A stretch of 64,000 nucleotides of DNA from a virus. Lineage: Duplodnaviria; Caudoviricetes. Positions 39,696 through 50,288 of the stretch are shown one piece after another. The notes below the pieces were generated by a model. That model searched no databases. It worked only from the letters and a program-made list of their open reading frames with translations, and was not told the DNA's origin. The stretch lies in IMG/VR virus record IMGVR_UViG_3300032167_000004, positions 160,001-224,000 of that record; one strand, given 5' to 3'. Made by a program: the position numbers and the translations under genes. The first letter of the stretch is position 1; each line of letters begins with the position of its first letter.

Positions 39696-42335
39696 TTGAA
39701 AATTTTATATTTAAAATTAAAAAATTATGCATCCATATATACTGCAATGGGATTAAAAGAATTAGAAATTGATTTTACAAAATCAAAAAATAGTATAATT
39801 CTTTTTGTTGGTGATAACGGTAGTGGAAAGACTTCATTATTAAGCACATTACATCCGTTTGCATATTATGGTAGTATGGATCCAAGAAGTAATACTTCTA
39901 TATTAAGAGAAGATAAAGATGGATATAAAGAAATCCATATTCAATATAATGAAGATATCTATAAAATCCAGCATCATTATAAGAATACTAAACGAGGAAT
40001 TCTATTAAAAAGTTTTATTCAAAAGAATGATGAAGAATTAAATCCTAACGGTAATGTTACATCATTCAATGAAACTATAAAAAATGAATTATCTTTAGAA
40101 TTAGATTTCTTAAGATTACTTAGATTAGGTAGTAATGTTACTAATTTAATTGATATGAGAGCTGCTGAAAGAAAATCATTTACATCATATTTATTAACAG
40201 ATATTAGTATGTATAATGAATTATTTAAGAAAGTTAGTGAAGATAATCGTATCTTAAAGAATATGATTAGAACTGTATCAGATAAATTGGTAAAATTAAA
40301 TGTATTAGATGAATCTGTATTAAAGTCTGATATAAGTGTTATTGAAAATAAGTTAAATGACTTAAATAATTCTAAAGATAAAGTTCAACATGATATTGGT
40401 ATTGTTGAGGGTAAAATTACATCTATAGCCCCTGAAGGTATTGAATCTGTCATGAGTGAGATTAAGGAACTTAAAAAAGATCTTAATATTGAGAAGAATA
40501 AAATTATTACAGCTAAGAGTTATCTTTCTAAGTTATGTATTATTTTAGTATGTGACATCAATGAAGAAATTGAAATAGTGACGAAAGAAATTAATAAAGC
40601 AGAAAATGAAAAAGAATTAAATTCTAATATGATATTATTTTATAAAGAGCAATTAAATGGTCTTTATAATAAGAAATCTGATTTGGAAAACATTCTTAAA
40701 GTTACAGTATCTGATGTTACATTCAAAGAAATGACTGAATTATATGCTAATCTCTTAGCAAAACTAAATCAGTATGAAAAGAAATATAAAAACAATACTC
40801 CTATATATACAAAAGATAACATATTAACATTATTAGAAGTATTAAATCAGATTAATAATATTATTAATGAAACACATGGCTTTGATGGAAAAGCTATTAC
40901 TAAAGTTATTGATTTATTGAGGAATTCTCAAAATGTTGATAGTTATGTCAATTCTAGAAGAAAAGAAATTGACAAGGATATTATGAAGATTAATGCTGAA
41001 TTAAATAATTCTATTAATCTAAACAATCCTTCAATTTTATTTAGACCTAGTAATTGTCCTGAAGATAAATGTCCATATTTCTTCTTATATGAATTAATCT
41101 TTTCTAATAATAAAAAATCTGATAAGAGTATTATATCATTAAATAATGAAAAAGAATTATTAGATAATATGTCTTATGTTAAGACTAATATAGACTATAT
41201 ATTTATGATTCTAAATACCAATAAGTCTTTAATATCTAAAGGAAATATTCCTTATTTTAGAATTGATAATGTTTTTAATTCATTATTAACAGGAAAATCT
41301 CTTTATGATGAAGATGTAATTACTGATATGATTTCAGATGTTGAAGAATATGAGGAATACTTATCTTTAATTACTAAGGTAAAAGAATTAAAAACCGAAC
41401 TCAATTTATTAAAATCTAATAGTTCTATTATAGAATCTACTAAAAAAGAATTAGATTCTATAGAAATTGAAATACAAAATATTATAGAAAAGATTAGTGA
41501 TTTAGAATCTAAAAATAAATTTAATGAGCATTGGATTCAGGGGAGAATTAAATATAGAGATTCTTTATTCAAATTTTTAGAGCATGAAAATACTATTGAT
41601 ATTAGTAATAAAAATATTCAATCTATTGAAGAATTGATTGCTAATAAAGTATCCATATTCCAAAATGTATCTATATTGAATAATGAGTCTAAAGACTTGC
41701 ATAAGAAACTTGATTTAATAAATTGGGAAATTGATAAATATAACAATGAGTTATTTAATCTTAAAGTTAAATTGAAAGATTTTATATCATTATCTGAAGA
41801 GCATAATATTTTAAATGAAAAGTTTGACGATGTTAATATTCTAAGAGAATCATTATCAGCAACTAAAGGTATTCCTTTATTATATATGCAATTATATCTA
41901 AAGAATACTAAGATGTTTGTCAATGATTTATTGCGAGTAGTATATTCTGATAACTTTGAAATTGATGATTTTGATATCAATGAAACAGAATTTAATATAC
42001 CTTATATAAAGAATAATATTAGAATATCTGATGTAATGTATGCTTCTCAAGGTGAGAAATCATTCTTATCTCTTGCATTATCTTTTGCTTTAATCAATCA
42101 ATCCATTAAAGATTATAATATCTTATTACTGGATGAGATTGATTCTACATTAGATACAAGAAATAGAGCAATGTTCTTAAATATACTTGAGAAACAAATG
42201 GAGAGTATAAATTCTGAACAGGTATTCCTTATCACTCATAATAATGTATTTGAAAATTTCCCCGTTGATTTAATTGTAACGACTAAGAATAAGGATATTA
42301 ACTATTCAAATGCTAATATCATTTGGTCAGTGTAA
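39696..42335 (+). CDS. sbcC: SbcC/Rad50-like ABC ATPase
   Basis: GDNGSGKT, long coiled coil with central CP..KCP, SQGE signature, LLLDE and ITH. Confidence 0.9.
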   Translation: MKILYLKLKNYASIYTAMGLKELEIDFTKSKNSIILFVGDNGSGKTSLLSTLHPFAYYGSMDPRSNTSILREDKDGYKEIHIQYNEDIYKIQHHYKNTKRGILLKSFIQKNDEELNPNGNVTSFNETIKNELSLELDFLRLLRLGSNVTNLIDMRAAERKSFTSYLLTDISMYNELFKKVSEDNRILKNMIRTVSDKLVKLNVLDESVLKSDISVIENKLNDLNNSKDKVQHDIGIVEGKITSIAPEGIESVMSEIKELKKDLNIEKNKIITAKSYLSKLCIILVCDINEEIEIVTKEINKAENEKELNSNMILFYKEQLNGLYNKKSDLENILKVTVSDVTFKEMTELYANLLAKLNQYEKKYKNNTPIYTKDNILTLLEVLNQINNIINETHGFDGKAITKVIDLLRNSQNVDSYVNSRRKEIDKDIMKINAELNNSINLNNPSILFRPSNCPEDKCPYFFLYELIFSNNKKSDKSIISLNNEKELLDNMSYVKTNIDYIFMILNTNKSLISKGNIPYFRIDNVFNSLLTGKSLYDEDVITDMISDVEEYEEYLSLITKVKELKTELNLLKSNSSIIESTKKELDSIEIEIQNIIEKISDLESKNKFNEHWIQGRIKYRDSLFKFLEHENTIDISNKNIQSIEELIANKVSIFQNVSILNNESKDLHKKLDLINWEIDKYNNELFNLKVKLKDFISLSEEHNILNEKFDDVNILRESLSATKGIPLLYMQLYLKNTKMFVNDLLRVVYSDNFEIDDFDINETEFNIPYIKNNIRISDVMYASQGEKSFLSLALSFALINQSIKDYNILLLDEIDSTLDTRNRAMFLNILEKQMESINSEQVFLITHNNVFENFPVDLIVTTKNKDINYSNANIIWSV

Positions 42336-42587
42336 GGAGTTGTAGAAAATTGGATATATCTCAAATATATGAAAATCTCTTCATTTTATTTTATTTAATT
42401 ACTATTTGTATTATTACGATTATATTAGGTGATAGAATGAAGAAAATTTTATATAATATGGATAATAAATGGTTTTTATTCTATACCATTTCAGTATTAT
42501 TCATAAGTATCCCTATTTCATTAATTGTGACAACAATAGTTGTCACATTCTTAATGTATATAATTTAAAAAGAGGAGAAATAAAACA

Positions 42588-43121
42588 ATGAAAATGGATT
42601 TCACTGAAGAATTAAAGAAACTGGATAGTATGAAAAAGTACATTGAAAATAGTATTATGATTAATTTCTGTGTACATACTAAGAATAGAATACTAAGCAT
42701 GATTACATATATTAAAAATTTATTATTAGTTAAGCAAGATATAGTTACTGATAATATGGGAGAAGTCTCTGATGGGTACCATACATTTAATGAATTATAT
42801 CATCATAGAGCTGTTTTATTCTCTGTAATTTGTAATAATTATAAGAATCTTGCCTGGAAGAGTAAACAACATCATGATCCTAGTCAACCTATGTATGATG
42901 GTATGTTCATTGTAGGTATCAATACACCAAATGGTTCTGCAACTTATCATTATGATATAGAACCATATTGGAATATGTTTGATGTTCAGGAGTTAGATAG
43001 AGCACCTGAATGGGATGGACATACTCCTGCCGAAGCAATTGAAAGAATTTCTACATTACCCATTATTGATAATAATGGCTTAGATTTAAATGATCTTATT
43101 GGAGACTTTTTAGATATTTAA
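42588..43121 (+). CDS. Conserved phage protein with a WDGH motif
   Basis: SDGYHTF.ELY.HR..LF...WKS..H.D...YH...WDGHT pattern. Confidence 0.65.
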   Translation: MKMDFTEELKKLDSMKKYIENSIMINFCVHTKNRILSMITYIKNLLLVKQDIVTDNMGEVSDGYHTFNELYHHRAVLFSVICNNYKNLAWKSKQHHDPSQPMYDGMFIVGINTPNGSATYHYDIEPYWNMFDVQELDRAPEWDGHTPAEAIERISTLPIIDNNGLDLNDLIGDFLDI

Positions 43122-43140
43122 TATATTTAACCATATTGAA

Positions 43141-43737
43141 ATGAGGAATACACTTTTGATGAAACTTCACGATTATCACTATGTGAGTGATACTAAAAAG
43201 ATAAGAATTCTATTATCAGCTATAGTTTATCTATTATTTGCAATAGTTATCGAATTAGCTATTCTTATTATCCTTAATATAGAACCGAAAGATAATATAA
43301 TTGACATAGTTGAGGAAGTGCCAATAACTATAACTGAAAATACTGAACCTATATTATCATATACCGAAGAAGATCTTAAATGGTTGAGTGCTGTAATGTA
43401 TTGTGAAGCGGGTTCTGAATGGATTACTGATGATGAACAGTTACTCTTTGGACAAGTAGTAATCAATAGAGTCAATTCTCCAGAATTTCCAAATACTGTT
43501 AAAGAAGTAGTAACTCAACCTAATCAATATCATCCGGAAAAGTTTGTTAATCAAACTCCTGATCAAAGAACGATTCACAATGCTAAACTATTATTAGAAG
43601 GTTATGGTCCTGATATGCCTCCTTCTGTTGTATTTCAGGATAATCGTGCTTTAGGTGCTGTATGGAAAAAGATTGAAATTGATAAATTAGGAACTACATA
43701 TTTCTGTCATTCACCTAATCTTGATCTTTATTATTAA
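43141..43737 (+). CDS. SleB/Hydrolase_2 cell-wall hydrolase with N-terminal TM anchor
   Basis: L...MY.EAG...VV.NRV.S..FP.T...VV.Q..QY. Confidence 0.82.
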   Translation: MRNTLLMKLHDYHYVSDTKKIRILLSAIVYLLFAIVIELAILIILNIEPKDNIIDIVEEVPITITENTEPILSYTEEDLKWLSAVMYCEAGSEWITDDEQLLFGQVVINRVNSPEFPNTVKEVVTQPNQYHPEKFVNQTPDQRTIHNAKLLLEGYGPDMPPSVVFQDNRALGAVWKKIEIDKLGTTYFCHSPNLDLYY

Positions 43738-43786
43738 GATTAATAAATAGACCAATAGGGTAAATTCCCTATTGGTCTTTATTTTT

Positions 43787-44923
43787 TTATTCATCATCAG
43801 GAAGGAAGTATTCCATTACATTATAGATACGTCCTTTAGAATCAGTTGCATATGAGCCATCATCACTAAATCTCATCCTACCAGCATCTCTCTTAGTAGG
43901 TAGAGGATAATCAGGTACTTGTTGTTTATTTTTATCAATAGCAATAAAATCCCAATTACCAGTATCAATACATTTCTTAACTAAAATTTTTACACCCATA
44001 TTTTCATATTCAATATATTTAGAACCTGCTAAACTTCTATGAGGATTACCGTTAGCTTCTAATCTATCCATTAAGATTTTATTATACATATCTTCTTCAC
44101 TAACAGGTTTTTCACCTTGTTCAATAGCATCAATTATAGAACCGTATTCATCTTCATAATCATCATTATAAGATACGGGTTCATTTGTCATACTTTGAAT
44201 AAAGTTGGTTCTACCATGATTGAGAATATTCTTAAAGTATGCAGATGCAAGATATTCAGGATTATTTTTGTTTTCAGTATCCTTAGTCTTTGCTTCGGAT
44301 TTCATAGTAAGATCAGCGATAGTTTTCTTTGTACTATTAATTTCTTTTAGAATACTCAATTTACTATTTTTAGCATTTAATACTAATTGTGCTAATTCAT
44401 TAGTATATTTAGAAACTCCTCTTACTTTGGAGCCTTTCATAGCATTCAGATCTTTTTCTAGTGTTTTACCAAATTTAGAAGTTTCGTCTAATAACGAATA
44501 TAATAAAGTTAATTCTTCAGCAAATTCTTTTTTATAATTATTCTTATTTTTCTTTAAATCATTATAACCGCTCTTACCTTTCATAGTAAGATCGTCTTCA
44601 ATATCATCTTCTTCACGTTCTTTTAAAATACTATCGATATCTAATAATGTGTCTTCATCAATACTATCATTAGACATAATACCAAGATCAGAATCTAAAT
44701 CAGTAATACGATCACTAATTAAATTCTCTTTCTTCTTTTTTTTCTTATTTTTCTTAGGTTTAATATTGGATAAAATAACCATATCATCAGTATCATCATC
44801 AATGATATTATTTTTCTTAGGTTTATCATTAGATGAAATAGATTTAATTTCATCAACTAAAGAGGGTAAAGATTGTTGAGAATCTTCAGTATAAATTTCA
44901 ATATTATAATATCCGTTGCTCAT
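43787..44923 (-). CDS. Hypothetical acidic/coiled-coil protein
   Basis: AAGGAGGAG RBS; 378 aa. Confidence 0.7.
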   Translation of the reverse strand: MSNGYYNIEIYTEDSQQSLPSLVDEIKSISSNDKPKKNNIIDDDTDDMVILSNIKPKKNKKKKKKENLISDRITDLDSDLGIMSNDSIDEDTLLDIDSILKEREEDDIEDDLTMKGKSGYNDLKKNKNNYKKEFAEELTLLYSLLDETSKFGKTLEKDLNAMKGSKVRGVSKYTNELAQLVLNAKNSKLSILKEINSTKKTIADLTMKSEAKTKDTENKNNPEYLASAYFKNILNHGRTNFIQSMTNEPVSYNDDYEDEYGSIIDAIEQGEKPVSEEDMYNKILMDRLEANGNPHRSLAGSKYIEYENMGVKILVKKCIDTGNWDFIAIDKNKQQVPDYPLPTKRDAGRMRFSDDGSYATDSKGRIYNVMEYFLPDDE

Positions 44924-45024
44924 ATTTTTATTATTCTCCTCCTTAATATAAAATATTAATTACATAAATGTCCTCATAATAAAAAAATAACTTTTTATTA
45001 CAACATGTACAATATAATAATTAT

Positions 45025-45113
45025 GGAGAGTTGTCCGAGTGGTTTAAGGAGCGAAACTTGAAATTTCGTGATGGGGAAACCCACCAAGGGTCCAAATCCC
45101 TTACTCTCCGCCA
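45025..45113 (+). tRNA. tRNA-Ser(TGA)
   Basis: Acceptor GGAGAGT/ACTCTCC-G-CCA; anticodon arm CGAAA-CTTGAAA-TTTCG; long variable arm. Confidence 0.9.
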
Positions 45114-45151
45114 TAAAAAGAGGGTAATATTTTTTACCCTCTTTTTCATAT

Positions 45152-45226
45152 TGAGACGTCGTCAAGTGGTAAGACAACAGACTTTGACTCTGTCACTCGC
45201 AAGTTCGAATCTTGCCGTCTCAGCCA
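45152..45226 (+). tRNA. tRNA-Gln(TTG)
   Basis: TGAGACG/CGTCTCA-G-CCA; anticodon loop CTTTGAC; T-loop TTCGAAT. Confidence 0.93.
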
Positions 45227-45341
45227 TCTAAAAATAATGATAGATAGTGTTCTAAAAAGCACTATCTATCATTATTTTTATCAATAATAAAATTAAATAT
45301 ATATTATAATAGTGATATTAAAATTAAGGAGGACAATTTTT

Positions 45342-47348
45342 ATGAATGAGCAAATCCCTGAAAATGTCCAAGGTATAATTAATTCATTTTATGATAAATT
45401 ATACATTATGGAAAATGAAATGGAGGATGTAAAACATTACAGGAATATAATTGATGAGGTTTTTGATCATTTACGAGCAGGATTTGAGATTAAAAGTCTT
45501 AGAGAATGTCCAGTACATTTTAAATTTCATAAAGATGATACTTTTATTCATACTTTACAATTAAGACATTTTCTAACAAATCTAATTTTCTGGGAACCTC
45601 TTATTGAATTAGATTCAGTTAATTATCTGAATGAATCTTTCATTGTAGAATGTGGAAAGATTTCATCTGGATATATTAAAACTTATATTGATAATAAAAT
45701 AATTATTCCATATAGAAATAAAATATCAAATAAGAAAATGAATAAATTGATTCATGATTTGATATTTAATTTAACAAAAATTTCTACTGAATTCAATATT
45801 ATATTAGGATTGAGTATGAATGTCGAATCTTTCATTGATGTTGCAAATAAGAATGAAAGATTTAATGAAATTATTCGTACTAAACTTGATCCTAATATGC
45901 AGCCCAGTGAAATTGAATCTCATCTTCATGATTTAATGAAAGAAGAGATTCAAATATTAATGAAAGAAGATAATGTACTAAGACCTATGTTATTATCTGG
46001 TTCTGGTATTAAAGATAAACAGCTTTCTGAGTTTAGTATTAATATGGGTCTTAAACCTTCTCTTGAAGGTAGTACAATTCCTATTCCTATTAATTCCAAC
46101 CTTCTTGTTGGCGGATTATCTACAGTTTCGGGATATTACATCGATGCCTTAGGCGGTCGGAAATCCCTTATCTTCAACAAGAATGTCATGGGTAAGTCGG
46201 GTTATTTCGCGCGTAAAAGTATGTTGTTAGTTTCTGATATGAAACTTAGACAAGATGAAAAAGTATGTAGAAGTGTACATCCTTTACAGTTAGAAGTTAA
46301 GACTAAAGAACATTTTAGAAGATTAATTGGTAGAAAATATAGATTGCCTAATCAAAGAAATTATTCAATTCTTACTAATGAAGATACCCATGTAATTGGT
46401 AAAAAGATTTTATTGAAATCTCCTATCACATGTGCATCTAATAAAGGTGTTTGTAAAGATTGTTATGGTCCATTATTGTTCCATACTAACCAAGGTGGTG
46501 TTGGTATTGGTTCGTTTGCGGGAGCTATTATTACAAACCCACTATCTCAGGCTGTTCTTTCTTCTAAACATCTTTTAACTACTACTTCTGAACCTATTGA
46601 ATTTAATGAAGATTTTAATAAATTCTTCAATTTAAATGCTAATGAAGTAACTATTAAGATTAGTGACGATTATTATATTGATGATCACTCCCTTTTGTTA
46701 ATTGATCAGAATATTATTACACTTGATGAATTAAATGAAGGTGAAATTAATAAGTTCTGTACAATTTATCATGTAAAGAATAATAGAACTAATGAGATTT
46801 ATGAGATTAGAGAAACAACAGGTAAAGAGCTGTATCTGTCTCCTGAATTGATTGATATGATTGAGAAAAGAAAAAAGAATAAAGATGGTATCTATGAAAT
46901 TAAATTTATAGATATTCCTGATGACCAAAGACTATTCTTAATCCAAATTGAAAATAGAGAATTAACGAGGCCTCTATATAAGATTATGGGATTACTCGAT
47001 ACTGTCGGAAAACGTGCAGAACTCGGGATTACTAATATACATGAACTAGCTCAGGTTTTCTTAGATCTATTGATCGAATCTAAGATTAATGTTATGAGTG
47101 TTCATGCTGAGGTTATGTTAGCTCCTCTGATTAGATCTATGGAAGATATTCTTGAAAGACCTGATTTTAAAAGATATGATGCAATTGATGATATTCAGAT
47201 GTTGACAATTAGTTCTGCATTGGAAAAACATCCTTCTGTATTGATTGGTCTTTCTTCTCAGTTCTTAGGTAGACAGTTAGTATCTCCGTTGACATTTAGA
47301 AAAACTGGAGAAAGTTTCATTGATCCTTTCTATAAGGATACTTTATGA
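45342..47348 (+). CDS. Phage RNA polymerase beta-prime, C-terminal part
   Basis: SGSG, GGRK.L......KSGYF.RK (bridge helix), KSPITC....VC..CYG and G..A..I..PLSQ..L..KH (trigger loop). Confidence 0.9.
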   Translation: MNEQIPENVQGIINSFYDKLYIMENEMEDVKHYRNIIDEVFDHLRAGFEIKSLRECPVHFKFHKDDTFIHTLQLRHFLTNLIFWEPLIELDSVNYLNESFIVECGKISSGYIKTYIDNKIIIPYRNKISNKKMNKLIHDLIFNLTKISTEFNIILGLSMNVESFIDVANKNERFNEIIRTKLDPNMQPSEIESHLHDLMKEEIQILMKEDNVLRPMLLSGSGIKDKQLSEFSINMGLKPSLEGSTIPIPINSNLLVGGLSTVSGYYIDALGGRKSLIFNKNVMGKSGYFARKSMLLVSDMKLRQDEKVCRSVHPLQLEVKTKEHFRRLIGRKYRLPNQRNYSILTNEDTHVIGKKILLKSPITCASNKGVCKDCYGPLLFHTNQGGVGIGSFAGAIITNPLSQAVLSSKHLLTTTSEPIEFNEDFNKFFNLNANEVTIKISDDYYIDDHSLLLIDQNIITLDELNEGEINKFCTIYHVKNNRTNEIYEIRETTGKELYLSPELIDMIEKRKKNKDGIYEIKFIDIPDDQRLFLIQIENRELTRPLYKIMGLLDTVGKRAELGITNIHELAQVFLDLLIESKINVMSVHAEVMLAPLIRSMEDILERPDFKRYDAIDDIQMLTISSALEKHPSVLIGLSSQFLGRQLVSPLTFRKTGESFIDPFYKDTL

Positions 47349-47450
47349 TTAAAGATATAATAAGAGATGTAATATAATCATTACATCTCTTATTATCTAA
47401 TCTTTAAGTATATATTATAGTAATATAATATATAAGGAGGAATTAAACCA

Positions 47451-48917
47451 ATGAATGAAAAACAACCAAAGATTGAAGTGAGACATAGTGGTATATTAAT
47501 TCATAATTATGAATTACATGATGCTCAAATATTGGAAGATTATTTAAGTGTATATGATCCGATTAAACATCGTAAATCTTATAAAGGTATGATGTGGGAT
47601 GAAGAAAAAAAGATTCTTTATATTCCCAGAGGAGTTGATATTAATTTCCTTGAAAAGGTATTTAGAGAACCTGCAGAGATGAATTATGAATGTAATCCTG
47701 TAGAAAATATTAGTATTCATGCAAAAATTCCACCCAGAGATAATAATCAAAGAAATGCAATAGCATTTCTTATTGGTCAAGGAAAATATGAATATACTAA
47801 GAAATATTCTCAGATGTTATTACAGATGCCTCCCGGAAGTGGAAAGACTTTTGTAATGACAACAGCATTACAGTTCATTGGTATGAGAGCATTTATTATT
47901 GTACCTAATGAAAAAATAAAGAAACAAACTATTGTATCTTTATTGAAGTTTACTGATATTGGTAGTGAGCACATTATTGATGTAAGAGGAAAATCTGAAA
48001 TCAATAAAATTATGAGAAAAGAATTACCTAAATGGAAAGTATATGTCGCATGTCATGGTACTTTGATTTCTCATGCTAAAAGAAATGGATGGGAATCAAT
48101 TGAAGAATTATTCAGACATACTAAAGTGGGTGTAAAGATTTATGATGAAGCCCACTTATATTTTGAAAATATTCTCAAATTAGATTTCCATACTAATGTA
48201 AAGAAAACTATTTATGTTACTGCAACATTCCAGAGAAGTGATTATTCTGAGAATATTCTCTTTAATAAATGCTTTAAAAATGTTATATCATTCCATATAG
48301 ATAGTAAAGAGTATGATAAACGTCATACTATGTATCTAGGTATTCAATACAATTCTCATCCATCTATAGATAAGCAGACTTATATGATGACTAGAATGGG
48401 TTTCAGCAAAATTAGGTATGCTAACTACCAAATTCAACAACAATCTTTCTTTGATGCTTTAGATTATACTATTAAATACTTTAAAGATTATGAAGGAAAG
48501 ATTCTTATTCTTACCTCCACTATTGATGGTGTAGAAAAGATTAAGAAATTTATTGATGATAGTTATGATAATATTTCTGTATCTTCTTATCATTCTAAAG
48601 TAAGTGAAGAAGATAGAGATAAAGCATTTACTGCTGATATTATCTGTACAACTCCTCAATCTGCTGGTGTAGGTGTTGATATTCCTGGTCTTAGAGTATG
48701 TATTATGTGTGAATCTTATTCTTCTCAAGTACAAGCTGAGCAAGTATCGGGAAGACTTAGAGAATACGGTCAAGGTAAAGATACTTACTATGTAGAATTA
48801 GTTGACATTGGATTTCCTAGAGTATATAAAATGTGGAAAAGTAGACTTAGTGTGTTTAAGTTAAAATGTAAGAAAATGTTATCTATTGACTTATCTACCA
48901 ATAAAGATATTAAATAG
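47451..48917 (+). CDS. SF2 DEAH-box helicase (UvsW-like)
   Basis: PPGSGKT, DEAH, TAT, GVDIP and Q.SGRLR motifs. Confidence 0.9.
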   Translation: MNEKQPKIEVRHSGILIHNYELHDAQILEDYLSVYDPIKHRKSYKGMMWDEEKKILYIPRGVDINFLEKVFREPAEMNYECNPVENISIHAKIPPRDNNQRNAIAFLIGQGKYEYTKKYSQMLLQMPPGSGKTFVMTTALQFIGMRAFIIVPNEKIKKQTIVSLLKFTDIGSEHIIDVRGKSEINKIMRKELPKWKVYVACHGTLISHAKRNGWESIEELFRHTKVGVKIYDEAHLYFENILKLDFHTNVKKTIYVTATFQRSDYSENILFNKCFKNVISFHIDSKEYDKRHTMYLGIQYNSHPSIDKQTYMMTRMGFSKIRYANYQIQQQSFFDALDYTIKYFKDYEGKILILTSTIDGVEKIKKFIDDSYDNISVSSYHSKVSEEDRDKAFTADIICTTPQSAGVGVDIPGLRVCIMCESYSSQVQAEQVSGRLREYGQGKDTYYVELVDIGFPRVYKMWKSRLSVFKLKCKKMLSIDLSTNKDIK

Positions 48918-48979
48918 TATATTTAATATCTTTAAGTATATATTATTAATGTGTCATAAATGAATAGGAGGATAACACT

Positions 48980-49285
48980 GTGGCAGATACATCAAGTAAA
49001 AAGACTCGTCAAAATGTTAACACGTTTTCTGTTAACAGAAAAAACTTTATGGATATTGTTGTCAAGAATGAGAACTTATCCAAAAAAGATTTGAGAGTTT
49101 TTATACATCTCATGACTCATTTGGATGGTAATGAATACCGAAAGGTTTCATACAAAAACATTGCATTAGATTTAGGATATGATAAATCTGATGTAAAAGA
49201 AAGTATCAATAATTTATACACAGAAGGAATTGTTGATATTGGTGATAGTGGATCGGTGGAGAAAGGTCTTATTATCACTTTTTAA
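48980..49285 (+). CDS. Winged-helix DNA-binding protein
   Basis: LS...LRVF..L...S...IA..LG.....V...I..L...G.V pattern. Confidence 0.7.
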   Translation: MADTSSKKTRQNVNTFSVNRKNFMDIVVKNENLSKKDLRVFIHLMTHLDGNEYRKVSYKNIALDLGYDKSDVKESINNLYTEGIVDIGDSGSVEKGLIITF

Positions 49286-49499
49286 ATAATCACTGTTAAA
49301 CTCTTTGAAGAAAGGAGGAAACGGTGATTTAAAGAATTGGGTTCCTTGGGGAATTTAGATCACCGTTGCAAGATAACCCAATGAACAATGAAACAACTTA
49401 TGATACTTGTGTAAATGATGGTTATACTATCGGTTACGCAGACTAACAACTAAGAATGAAAATCAAACTATTTTAAACACAACGAAGAGGAATTTGAAT

Positions 49500-49619
49500 A
49501 TGACACATAAAATGATAAAACTATATAAAAAGAGTAAACGTAATAAAATCAAATCATACTTTGATACTGTCAGAGACGATAGGTTTAAACCTATTAGTAC
49601 ATTATCAGAGAAAAAGTAA
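49500..49619 (+). CDS. Small basic peptide (39 aa)
   Basis: GAGGA RBS; ends just before a terminator palindrome. Confidence 0.4.
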   Translation: MTHKMIKLYKKSKRNKIKSYFDTVRDDRFKPISTLSEKK

Positions 49620-49664
49620 TAAACTTGGGGTATACTGGAATTCCAGTATACCCCTAATATTTTT

Positions 49665-50261
49665 TTAGTTGTTAATCTTAATAGCATCAGCAGACTCAAC
49701 ACGAACAGCATTATTATTCTTATAATTGTTGTTCTTATTGTGCTTGTTATGCTTATTATTGTAGTTATTGTTTTTATAGTTATTATTCTGCTGATACTGA
49801 GGCTTAGTATCCTTAACGGTTTCTTTAACCTCTTCAGCAGGTTCAGCCTGAACTTCTTCCTTTACTTCAGGACCAACTACATCTTCAATAACTTCTTCTT
49901 TTTTTTCTTCAACTACAGGTTCAGTAACTTCAGATACTTCAACAGTTTCTTCTTTTACTTCTTCCTTAGTTTCAACAGGTTCTTCTTTAATATTATCTTT
50001 ATTCATGATACTATTAAAGATTTCAGCCTGTTTAGCTTGCTTAGCTTCACGAGAAGCTTTGCTGTTATCATCAGCAAAATTATTCATAGTTAAACGGACT
50101 TCAGAACCATCATCACAAACCTCAACAACATGAACATTCTTAGAAATCAAAGTAAAAATGGTAGCAGTATCTTCCAGATAAGGAGTTAACACGGGACCAT
50201 TAATAAATGACTTAGCTTGAATAGCACCATGGGTGAGGATTTTAATTTTTTTCTTAGCCAT
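49665..50261 (-). CDS. Hypothetical protein with Glu-rich linker and Asn-rich tail
   Basis: GGAG RBS; low-complexity C-terminal half. Confidence 0.7.
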   Translation of the reverse strand: MAKKKIKILTHGAIQAKSFINGPVLTPYLEDTATIFTLISKNVHVVEVCDDGSEVRLTMNNFADDNSKASREAKQAKQAEIFNSIMNKDNIKEEPVETKEEVKEETVEVSEVTEPVVEEKKEEVIEDVVGPEVKEEVQAEPAEEVKETVKDTKPQYQQNNNYKNNNYNNKHNKHNKNNNYKNNNAVRVESADAIKINN

Positions 50262-50288
50262 TATATTTTCACTCCATTAAGTTATAAA

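Noticed and set aside
45031-45231. 66-aa ORF
   Set aside because: It overlaps two well-formed tRNA genes.
49286-49620. tmRNA
   Set aside because: A pseudoknot plus short ORF is suggestive, but there is no tRNA-like acceptor/T-arm and no ALAA-type tag ending.
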